Source: an uncultured virus (IMG/VR IMGVR_UViG_3300042522_001545)
Taxonomy: Duplodnaviria; Heunggongvirae; Uroviricota; Caudoviricetes
Virus record (IMG/VR): IMGVR_UViG_3300042522_001545
Coordinates: 1 to 64,000 of that record
DNA length: 64,000 bases
Reading direction: 5' to 3' (one strand)
A program made the position numbers and the translations under genes. The notes beneath the pieces were generated by a model. It was not told the origin of the DNA. It made no database searches and worked only from the letters and a program-made list of their open reading frames with translations. This document shows, one piece after another, positions 56,717 to 64,000 of this stretch; position 1 is the stretch's first letter; every line of letters starts with the position of its first letter.

Positions 56717-57738
56717 TGGCTACAACGCTAAAAGAAGATGTTAATAAGAATTTTGGTGATGGGATTATTTTGTCTGGTAATGCTATTGTAGATAAAAAAA
56801 TCTTAACAATACCTATTGGTCCAGCTTTAGATATCGCTCTCAACGGAGGAATACCCGAGGGTAGTTTTGTTGTTCTTACCGGACAGCCAAAGTGTGGTAA
56901 AACAACATCGTCACTAGACTTTGCTGCAACGGCACAAAGACTAGAATATGCTTATGGATCTTTTAAAGAAGGTCGTCAAGTGTACTACCTAAATATTGAA
57001 GGTAGATTAAAGAAAAGAGATCTTGAAGGAATACCAGCATTAGACCTCTCTAGATTTCATGTAATAGGTTCTCAGCAAGGCAAGATTCTACACGCTGAAG
57101 AATACCTGCAAATTGGAGAAAGAATTATTAATGAAATTCCTGGATGTGTTCTAATCATAGACTCGTACTCTGCATTATGTACAGAAGCAGAAATTACATC
57201 TGATATGGATAAAATGCAAAGAGCAGACGGGGCTAAACTTTTGGCTAAGTTTTGTCGTAAAGTCGCTAATGTTATTCCTGTTAATAAGAATATCGTTATT
57301 GGTATTACTCACTTAATGGGTAATCCAACTGGTTATGGTGCAGAATTTAAAGAAAAGTCTGGGCAAGCTATCGCATATCAGACTGATATCAAACTCAGAG
57401 CAAAAACATTCAAGCCTTGGTTGCTGGGTACCGATAATACTCAAATAGGACAAGAGATAGAATGGCAAGTTATATGTTCAGCATTGGGACCACCCGGAGC
57501 AACAACAACCAGTTATATTAGATACGGTCAGGGTATTGATAAATGTACCGAAATTATCAATCTAGCTTCCGATGTTGGTATTATTCATAAGGGTGGTGCT
57601 TGGTATACTATTACCGTATTAGAGGATAAGCCTAAATTCCAAGGGTCAGAAAAGGTAAGAAACTATCTATTAGAAAATCCTACCGCTTATGCTACTGTTG
57701 AAAATGCTGTAAAAGAAGTATTAGGAATTAATAAATGA
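56716..57738 (+). CDS. recA: RecA/UvsX-like recombinase
   Basis: LDIALNGGIP.G, GQPKCGKTT Walker A, IIDS Walker B, I.YGQGID, GAWY, KFQG. Confidence 0.9.
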   Translation: MATTLKEDVNKNFGDGIILSGNAIVDKKILTIPIGPALDIALNGGIPEGSFVVLTGQPKCGKTTSSLDFAATAQRLEYAYGSFKEGRQVYYLNIEGRLKKRDLEGIPALDLSRFHVIGSQQGKILHAEEYLQIGERIINEIPGCVLIIDSYSALCTEAEITSDMDKMQRADGAKLLAKFCRKVANVIPVNKNIVIGITHLMGNPTGYGAEFKEKSGQAIAYQTDIKLRAKTFKPWLLGTDNTQIGQEIEWQVICSALGPPGATTTSYIRYGQGIDKCTEIINLASDVGIIHKGGAWYTITVLEDKPKFQGSEKVRNYLLENPTAYATVENAVKEVLGINK

Positions 57739-58145
57739 ATATAGTCGATTTGGATGGGAATTCTCATTCTTGGCACTTGACAGGTTACATTGCGAAGGGT
57801 AAAATGCAAAATAAGTCATCTTTTCATCTGGAAGCCAGAAAGATTCTGACTAAAAATTTTCCAACCATGCAAATACTGGAGGAAGTTCCAGTACCATTGC
57901 GTAAATCGGAAACTTTGTATTTAGATTTTTATATTCCTCTATTAAAGATGTCGGTAGAAGTGCATGGAGAGCAGCATTATAAGTTCATACCATTCTATCA
58001 TAATTCTAGAATTTCTTTTCTCAAGTCTCAAAAAAGAGATCATGATAAACAAGAATGGTGTGAAAAAAATGGAATCAAATATATAGTATTAGGATATATG
58101 GAATCTCCAGAAGTATGGGAACAAAGGATTACCAACAATGAATAG
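57735..58145 (+). CDS. PD-(D/E)xK (DUF559/Vsr-like) nuclease
   Basis: LDFYIP...VEVHGEQHY...RD..KQEWCEKNGI. Confidence 0.75.
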   Translation: MNIVDLDGNSHSWHLTGYIAKGKMQNKSSFHLEARKILTKNFPTMQILEEVPVPLRKSETLYLDFYIPLLKMSVEVHGEQHYKFIPFYHNSRISFLKSQKRDHDKQEWCEKNGIKYIVLGYMESPEVWEQRITNNE

Positions 58146-58629
58146 AAGTGCGAAAGAAGATTTACAACACTGGGATAAGGTGCTTGACGAATACGAAAAG
58201 AGTATTTCGCTGCCAGAGTATGCTCAATCATATGGTGTGTCAGAACAAGAAATGAACACATATTTAACAATGTCTCGTGATGAAATTGAGAAGCTATCTC
58301 CAGAAGATTGTGCTCAAATATCCTACAGACTTGGACAGTTTGCTTTTCATGTTCAAAGAACAATTAACAGAGAAATTGCCAGACAGAATTGGGCTGAAGA
58401 GTCTATTAAAGAGACAATAGCGGATGAAGTGAATAATTATAAAGGATATGGCTATATTGAAAAATCTTTACAAGCCATAAAGCATAATGATAAAGCACAG
58501 TCTTTGAGCAGTATTAAGAAGTATGCTAAGCAAAGAAGTGACAGACTATCTTATATAGCAAATAGTTTAAAGAATTTATCTGATATCATGTTGTCCATTC
58601 AAAGAGCAAAGGTGAGTCATGGATCCTAA
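58138..58629 (+). CDS. Helical protein, possibly a UvsY-like recombination mediator
   Basis: Long helical ORF in the recA-helicase operon; function inferred from position only. Confidence 0.4.
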   Translation: MNRSAKEDLQHWDKVLDEYEKSISLPEYAQSYGVSEQEMNTYLTMSRDEIEKLSPEDCAQISYRLGQFAFHVQRTINREIARQNWAEESIKETIADEVNNYKGYGYIEKSLQAIKHNDKAQSLSSIKKYAKQRSDRLSYIANSLKNLSDIMLSIQRAKVSHGS

Positions 58630-59026
58630 AGAAGTGCTAAATAATCCAGAAAATGTTAAGTTGTTAATAAACCTACTACAAAGTCTATTGCCCAATGACC
58701 AAACTCCTGAACAAGAAGCAAAGACAGAAACCAAATCTTCAAAGTCTAAAATGAAGACAAAGAGTCGTCAAAGAGGCAGGACTCAAAATGATAGCGAAGA
58801 ATCGGTAAATAAATTTGCTAAAATGCCAGAGTTTAGTATGCATAAAGAAGATAGTTCAATAGACAAAAAGCTATCAAAACATCCTCCGGTAGCAAGAATG
58901 AGAGAGTTTGAACCAGTACAAGTAACATGCAGAATTTGTGGTAAGACAGAGATTGTTAGTCCTGGTTTAATATTTGAGGGCGCCTCAAGATACAAATGTA
59001 ATAACTGTTCAACTCAAGCAGGGTAA
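58619..59026 (+). CDS. Hypothetical protein with C-terminal zinc ribbon
   Basis: CRICG...YKCNNC. Confidence 0.6.
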   Translation: MDPKEVLNNPENVKLLINLLQSLLPNDQTPEQEAKTETKSSKSKMKTKSRQRGRTQNDSEESVNKFAKMPEFSMHKEDSSIDKKLSKHPPVARMREFEPVQVTCRICGKTEIVSPGLIFEGASRYKCNNCSTQAG

Positions 59027-59028
59027 TT

Positions 59029-60504
59029 ATGATTTTATGTGATCCTTCCGCAGAAAGAGCGGTACTGAGCGGTATATTGAAGTATGGTGAAGATGCCTAC
59101 TTGGATATTTGTGATATAATCCAAGAAGGCGCATTTACTATTGACAGCAATCAAATAATTTATAAATGCATTAAGAATATCTGTGATAAAAATCCTCAGA
59201 CTAAACTAGATCTAGCATCTATCTACTCGTCTGCCCAAGAGTTGGGACTATCAGACGTTTTATCCAAAAAAGAGGAAGCGCAGCACTTAAAAGCTATATT
59301 CGATTTTCCAGTTAATCTAGAAAACGTTAGGAAGTTTGCTGCCAAAATCAAGAAGCTAGAAATAGCCAGATTACTACATAAAGAACTAGAGAATGCTCAG
59401 GAACAACTATTAGATGTTACTGGGTCAGAGAATATATCTTCTATTATAGGTATAGCAGAAGAGTCTATCTTTAATTTCTCTTCTTCTTTGTCAACTGACG
59501 GTGATTCTTCTCCATCTTCTATAGGCAAAGACATTGATGATTATATTAAGTTTTTGCAAGAACATAAAGTAGATCAAATTGGTATATCTACAGGATTTCC
59601 AGTTTATGACCAGTCTATTGGAGGGGGTTTGCGTCGTGGAACAGTTAATGTAATAGCGGCCAGACCAAAGGTGGGCAAGACATTACTATCAGACAATATG
59701 GGTTATTATATTGCTAGTAAGTTAAAAATACCAGTATTGAATATGGATACTGAAATGACTAGGGAAGACCACGTTCATCGTATTCTTGCTATGTCATCAG
59801 AACTAGAAATATCCAAAATAGAAACTGGTAAGTTTGCAGATACTCCAGGATCTATGTCTAAAATGCAAGCAGCTGTAGCTGAATTAAAAGCCAGTAGACT
59901 GTATCATCATAGTATTGCTGGCAAATCATTCGAAGAACAATTAGCATTAATGAGGAGGTGGATAGTTAAAGAGGTTGGACTTAATGATGACGGCACAGCT
60001 AAAGAGTGCGTAATTTTTTATGACTATCTAAAGCTCATGGACTCTGCCGGTATCTCTCAAGACATGAAAGAATATCAGGTTCTTGGCTTCATGATGACAT
60101 CATTACATAACTTTGCCGTTAAATATAAGGTACCAATAGTAGCCTTTATACAATTAAACAGAGACGGTATTTCCAAGGAAAGTACAGATACCGCTAGCGG
60201 ATCAGACAGAATCATTTGGCTCTGTAGCAATTTCACTATCTTTAAAAGAAAGTCAGATGAGGAGATTGCTGAAGATGGTCCAGATAATGGGAATCGTAAG
60301 TTAGTGCCATTAATTAGTCGTCACGGAGGAGGATTAGACGATAATGATTATATTAATTGTCACATGAAGGGTTGGTGTGCCAAAATAGTAGAAGGTAAAA
60401 CTCGTTTAGAATTAGTTAACAACGTTCAGACCAAAAAAGATGGATTTATAGTTAGTAACAATGAATATAATGAAGAAGAAGCAGAAGAAATACCATTCGT
60501 ATGA
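59029..60504 (+). CDS. dnaB: Replicative DNA helicase
   Basis: AERAVL, ISTGF, AARPKVGKT, DTEM, DYL, QLNR. Confidence 0.93.
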   Translation: MILCDPSAERAVLSGILKYGEDAYLDICDIIQEGAFTIDSNQIIYKCIKNICDKNPQTKLDLASIYSSAQELGLSDVLSKKEEAQHLKAIFDFPVNLENVRKFAAKIKKLEIARLLHKELENAQEQLLDVTGSENISSIIGIAEESIFNFSSSLSTDGDSSPSSIGKDIDDYIKFLQEHKVDQIGISTGFPVYDQSIGGGLRRGTVNVIAARPKVGKTLLSDNMGYYIASKLKIPVLNMDTEMTREDHVHRILAMSSELEISKIETGKFADTPGSMSKMQAAVAELKASRLYHHSIAGKSFEEQLALMRRWIVKEVGLNDDGTAKECVIFYDYLKLMDSAGISQDMKEYQVLGFMMTSLHNFAVKYKVPIVAFIQLNRDGISKESTDTASGSDRIIWLCSNFTIFKRKSDEEIAEDGPDNGNRKLVPLISRHGGGLDDNDYINCHMKGWCAKIVEGKTRLELVNNVQTKKDGFIVSNNEYNEEEAEEIPFV

Positions 60505-61630
60505 TCAGCATCAATTAAAGCATCTATCTGATGTGGTCTGTGATGATATAGAGAATTTACTCAGTCATCTCGGAATAACATCTTATAGAATGCTTGATAA
60601 AATGGTTATCATGAGTTGTCCAATCCACGGAGGAGATAACGACTCCGCGTTTAATCTGTATCATCAAGGAGACTCTTATAGAGGTAACTGGAAATGCAGA
60701 ACCCATCAATGTGAAGAAATTTTTAAGTCGTCTATTATTGGGTTTATTAGAGGTTGTTTGTCTCATGAAAAGGGATGGTCTAAATCAGGAGATCCAGTAG
60801 TATCTTTTGGTGAAGCTCTGGAGTTTGCTATTGATTTTAGTAAGTCTGATTTGGCCAATATCAAGGTCTCAAAAAGAGCCAAAGAAAAATCTACTTTTAT
60901 AAATGCCATAAAAAATATTCAATCAAATGATAGGCCAATAAATCTTGGTACTGTTCCCAGATCATCTGTGGTTAAAGCTCTGTCTATTCCATCTCAATAC
61001 TTTTTAAATAGGGGCTTCAGTGAGGACGTATTGCGCAAATATGACGTTGGAGACTGCTTAGATCCTAACAAGGAAATGTGTGACAGGGCGGTGGTTCCTG
61101 TTTATGATGATAGTGGTCAAAATATGACAGGTTGTACTGGACGAACCTTCTATAATAAATGTATCAAATGTGGAGGATTCCATAAAACCGAATCAGATTG
61201 CCCATCTGACAATGAGGTATGGAAGTACTGTAAATGGAGACATAATAAAAACTTTAAAACACAAGAGTATTTGTATAATTATTGGTTCGCTAAAGAGCAT
61301 ATCTCGTCTTCTCATACTGTGATTCTGGTAGAAAGTCCTGGAAATGTATGGAGACTAGAAGAAGCAGGAATACATAATTCTGTGGCAATCTTTGGAGCAT
61401 CATTAAGTCACAAGCAAAAGATGTTATTAGATATTTCTGGAGCCATGAACATAGTAACAATTATGGATAATGATAAGGCTGGCGAGGCTGCTGCTAAGAA
61501 TATAGAAGAAAAATGTTGTAGAACATATAACATTAAACACATTAAGTTAACAGCAAACGATATTGCAGAAATGTCTACAAAAGATATTCATGAATATATT
61601 TTACCACAACTACAAGGATACTCTATATGA
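60470..61630 (+). CDS. dnaG: DNA primase (zinc-binding + TOPRIM)
   Basis: CPIH...WKC..HQC zinc-binding domain; YF..RG; VES; DNDKAG. Confidence 0.88.
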   Translation: MKKKQKKYHSYDQHQLKHLSDVVCDDIENLLSHLGITSYRMLDKMVIMSCPIHGGDNDSAFNLYHQGDSYRGNWKCRTHQCEEIFKSSIIGFIRGCLSHEKGWSKSGDPVVSFGEALEFAIDFSKSDLANIKVSKRAKEKSTFINAIKNIQSNDRPINLGTVPRSSVVKALSIPSQYFLNRGFSEDVLRKYDVGDCLDPNKEMCDRAVVPVYDDSGQNMTGCTGRTFYNKCIKCGGFHKTESDCPSDNEVWKYCKWRHNKNFKTQEYLYNYWFAKEHISSSHTVILVESPGNVWRLEEAGIHNSVAIFGASLSHKQKMLLDISGAMNIVTIMDNDKAGEAAAKNIEEKCCRTYNIKHIKLTANDIAEMSTKDIHEYILPQLQGYSI

Positions 61631-62358
61631 TAGTGCTAGGTATATCTGGACGAAAACAATCCGGCAAAACAACAGCTGGTAACTTTATATTATCTCTGCA
61701 TCTGTCTAAACTAGGCTTGGCAGAAAAGGTATTACTAGACGACGAAGGACAGATACTACTTTCTGATTTTGGCGGAAATAAAGAGTACGAAGGATTATTT
61801 CAACCACACATAATACCAAAGACAGATATTAATGCCCAAAGCTTATTGCAAAAACTATATAGTAAAATCAAAATATATAACTTTGCAGATGTTTTAAAAC
61901 AAGACATTTGCATGAATATTCTAGGATTGGAATATAATCAATGTTATGGTAGTGATGATGAAAAAAATCAAACCACACATTTGCAATGGGAAAACAAGCA
62001 GCTGTCTGGCAGAGATGCTATGCAAATTATAGGAACGGACATATTTCGTAAATTAGATCCTGACGTTTGGGTAAAAGCAACCATCTCTAAAATAGTCAGA
62101 GAAAAACCAGATATTGCTATAATTACAGACTGTCGTTTTCCTAACGAGGTTGAGTCAATTCAAAATATTGGTGGCAAAGTATTAAGACTAACTAGAAATC
62201 CACATAATTCTGATCATCTTAGCGAATCCATATTAGATAAAGATAAATTTGACTGGTCTAAATTTGATTACGTTATAGATAATGTTAATTCGTCAATATA
62301 TGATCAGGTGTCTCAAATTAAAACATTACTAGAAAACCTCTTAGGACTCACTACATGA
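61627..62358 (+). CDS. Deoxynucleoside monophosphate kinase
   Basis: GRKQSGKTT, FADVLK, R..MQ.IGTD, ITDCRFPNE, H.SE. Confidence 0.88.
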   Translation: MIVLGISGRKQSGKTTAGNFILSLHLSKLGLAEKVLLDDEGQILLSDFGGNKEYEGLFQPHIIPKTDINAQSLLQKLYSKIKIYNFADVLKQDICMNILGLEYNQCYGSDDEKNQTTHLQWENKQLSGRDAMQIIGTDIFRKLDPDVWVKATISKIVREKPDIAIITDCRFPNEVESIQNIGGKVLRLTRNPHNSDHLSESILDKDKFDWSKFDYVIDNVNSSIYDQVSQIKTLLENLLGLTT

Positions 62359-63395
62359 TAATAACATACTTTAGAAGTTCTTCTTACAATACTCATAGTC
62401 TCTGTGAACAGCAATATTTTGCTGAATATGTACTAGGGTGGCGGGGTCCGTCTGGTCAAAAGGCAGATAAAGGAACAATAACTCATAAAGTTCTAGAAAT
62501 TTTAGCAGTTATTAAAAAGGCACAACAAGACAATCTAGACACTGTAGAAGACGATGTCTTTGGTTTAATAAATGTACATAGCTATAATCTGGATGAAATT
62601 ATTGATAAAGTCTACGATTATTATACTCAACAAACACAGCACCATAAATGGTCTCCCAAAGACTTAAAAGATTGTCGGGCTTGGGTATATAAAGCAATCG
62701 AGTTTAACAATGGGATGTTTGATCCTAGAAATAGAAATGTTCTATGTCCAGAACAACACTTTGACTTTGAGATATCTAAACCATGGGCTAAATATTCGTA
62801 TGATGTAGAAGATAAGAAGATTACTGGTAATTTAGCTCTTAAGGGACCTATTGACCTAATAACTCTGGTTAATGATACCACCATAGAAATTATAGACTGG
62901 AAAACTGGTAGGAGACTTGACTGGGCTACAGGAGAAGAAAAGACTCAAGAAAAATTGGAAAGAGATCCTCAATTAAGAATATATCATTATGCTATTAAGC
63001 ATTTATATCCTAAGATTAACCATATAATGTTCTCTATTTATTTTATTAATGATGGAGGTCCATTTACTATATGTTTTAATGATTCTGACTTAGCAGAAAC
63101 AGAGAACATGCTGAGGGCTAAGTACGAACTTATTAAAAATACTAAAAAACCCAGATTACATAAAAGCTGGATGTGTAACAAATTATGTCATTTTGGCAAA
63201 ACAACTTTTGACAATACTAATGTCACTCCTATAACAGAATATAGAGACGGTCAAACATGCTCTGTTGGCCAAACCATGACAAAGTGTGAACAGGTAAAAC
63301 ATGATCTTGATCTTTACGGAATCGACACTACAATGAACTTGTACAAGCACCCGAAACACTCTATTGGATTATACAAGGCCCCAGGAACAGTATGA
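62355..63395 (+). CDS. PD-(D/E)xK Cas4/RecB-like exonuclease
   Basis: C.QQY, GTITH, G.ID, DWKTG, QL.IY, C-terminal C...C cluster. Confidence 0.85.
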   Translation: MIITYFRSSSYNTHSLCEQQYFAEYVLGWRGPSGQKADKGTITHKVLEILAVIKKAQQDNLDTVEDDVFGLINVHSYNLDEIIDKVYDYYTQQTQHHKWSPKDLKDCRAWVYKAIEFNNGMFDPRNRNVLCPEQHFDFEISKPWAKYSYDVEDKKITGNLALKGPIDLITLVNDTTIEIIDWKTGRRLDWATGEEKTQEKLERDPQLRIYHYAIKHLYPKINHIMFSIYFINDGGPFTICFNDSDLAETENMLRAKYELIKNTKKPRLHKSWMCNKLCHFGKTTFDNTNVTPITEYRDGQTCSVGQTMTKCEQVKHDLDLYGIDTTMNLYKHPKHSIGLYKAPGTV

Positions 63396-64000
63396 CTAAA
63401 ACTTATGCCGCATTGCATACACACTCTCACTACAGCCTATTGGACGGTATCAGCAAGCCTCATCAGATTGCTCAAAGATGTGCTAACACTGGGATTAAAT
63501 CGTGTGCATTAACTGATCATGGTTCTATTTCTGGATGTGTTCAATTTTTCCAAGCTCTTAAAGCTCAAAATATAAAGCCAATACTAGGTTGTGAACTTTA
63601 TATTTCCCATGAAGATTCTAACATCAAAACTAAAGAAAATAGCAAGCTTAGTCATTTTTTAGTATTGGCGAAGAATTTAAAGGGGTGGCGTAATTTAATC
63701 TCAATAGCTTCCGAAACCAATAAAGAAGAAAATTTTTATCATAAGCCAAGAATTAGTATGGACAGACTAGCTAATTTTTTGGATGGGAATATTATAGGGT
63801 TCTGTGGTCATTTGGGATCTCTCTTGCCAGATCTATTAGAAAACCAGTCTGGAACAATGGATAAGATAGGTATAGATTTTGTAGCTAAAATGAAAGAAAT
63901 ATTTGGTCAAGAGAACTTCTTTTTAGAAGCACAGCTTATGGACCAAGCACTCAATCCTGCACAAAGAGACATAACAGATTTTGTTCGTTCTTTGGGCAGT
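63392..64000 (+). CDS. dnaE: DNA polymerase III alpha subunit, N-terminal PHP domain (partial)
   Basis: Manual translation MTKTYAALHTHSHYSLLDG...ALTDHG...IKPILGCELY...HFLVLAKN..GW.NL...FYHKPRI. Confidence 0.92.
   Translation, partial: MTKTYAALHTHSHYSLLDGISKPHQIAQRCANTGIKSCALTDHGSISGCVQFFQALKAQNIKPILGCELYISHEDSNIKTKENSKLSHFLVLAKNLKGWRNLISIASETNKEENFYHKPRISMDRLANFLDGNIIGFCGHLGSLLPDLLENQSGTMDKIGIDFVAKMKEIFGQENFFLEAQLMDQALNPAQRDITDFVRSLGS

Noticed and set aside
396..62884. Many 60-120 aa ORFs in the track lying antisense or out of frame within longer genes (e.g. 711..962, 5419..5694, 13618..13857, 27381..27746, 51273..51548)
   Set aside because: Fully overlapped by well-supported genes, with no motifs or RBS; treated as shadow ORFs
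62355..63395. Cas4-like gene as part of a CRISPR-Cas system
   Set aside because: No other cas genes or array; it sits in the replication operon like typical phage exonucleases
1..64000. Giant (NCLDV) virus or bacterial chromosome origin, suggested by the eukaryote-like GTs
   Set aside because: DnaE, DnaB, RecA, a sigma factor, SD sequences and overlapping operons indicate a bacterial-host element; dNMP kinase, fibre-like genes and the absence of housekeeping genes indicate a phage
1..64000. Stop-codon reassignment
   Set aside because: Conserved genes are full length under the standard code, and TAA, TAG and TGA all end genes
1..64000. tRNA, rRNA or CRISPR array
   Set aside because: Intergenic gaps are short and I saw no cloverleaf/T-loop signature or regularly spaced repeats; tRNAscan-SE and Infernal would be needed to exclude them formally
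50506..64000. Inteins or group I introns in nrdJ, recA, dnaB or dnaE
   Set aside because: Protein lengths are normal, motifs are contiguous and no intein splice-junction pattern was seen

Overview
AT-rich, gene-dense 64 kb segment of a large tailed dsDNA bacteriophage (standard genetic code, translationally coupled operons, almost all on the + strand). No capsid, terminase or portal gene lies in the window. Phage identity is inferred from the DnaE/DnaB/primase/RecA/dNMP-kinase/NrdJ/dUTPase/PhoH set, a stand-alone sigma factor, free-standing endonucleases and tail-fibre-like ORFs. Layout: (1) 1-15.5 kb glycan cluster I plus a macro domain, an NDT-like gene and guaC; (2) 15.5-20.8 kb head-associated-type proteins, a degenerate bacterioferritin, sigma factor, ClpP-like protease and a degenerate DeoC; (3) 20.8-28.1 kb putative virion genes and a holin-like/membrane/papain-protease cassette; (4) 28.1-49.8 kb glycan cluster II (NeuA/NeuB, many GT and methyltransferase genes, many deletion-scar mini-ORFs); (5) 49.9-64 kb nucleotide metabolism, recombination and replication. 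Most notable: about half the window is a phage glycan-building system rich in GT families best known from eukaryotes; a recurrent intergenic GGTGTAT motif (candidate phage-sigma promoter); two host-enzyme homologues that have lost their catalytic residues; and a possible protease-based lysis cassette with Planctomycetota-like signatures. All family assignments come from motif recognition by eye, with no database search.
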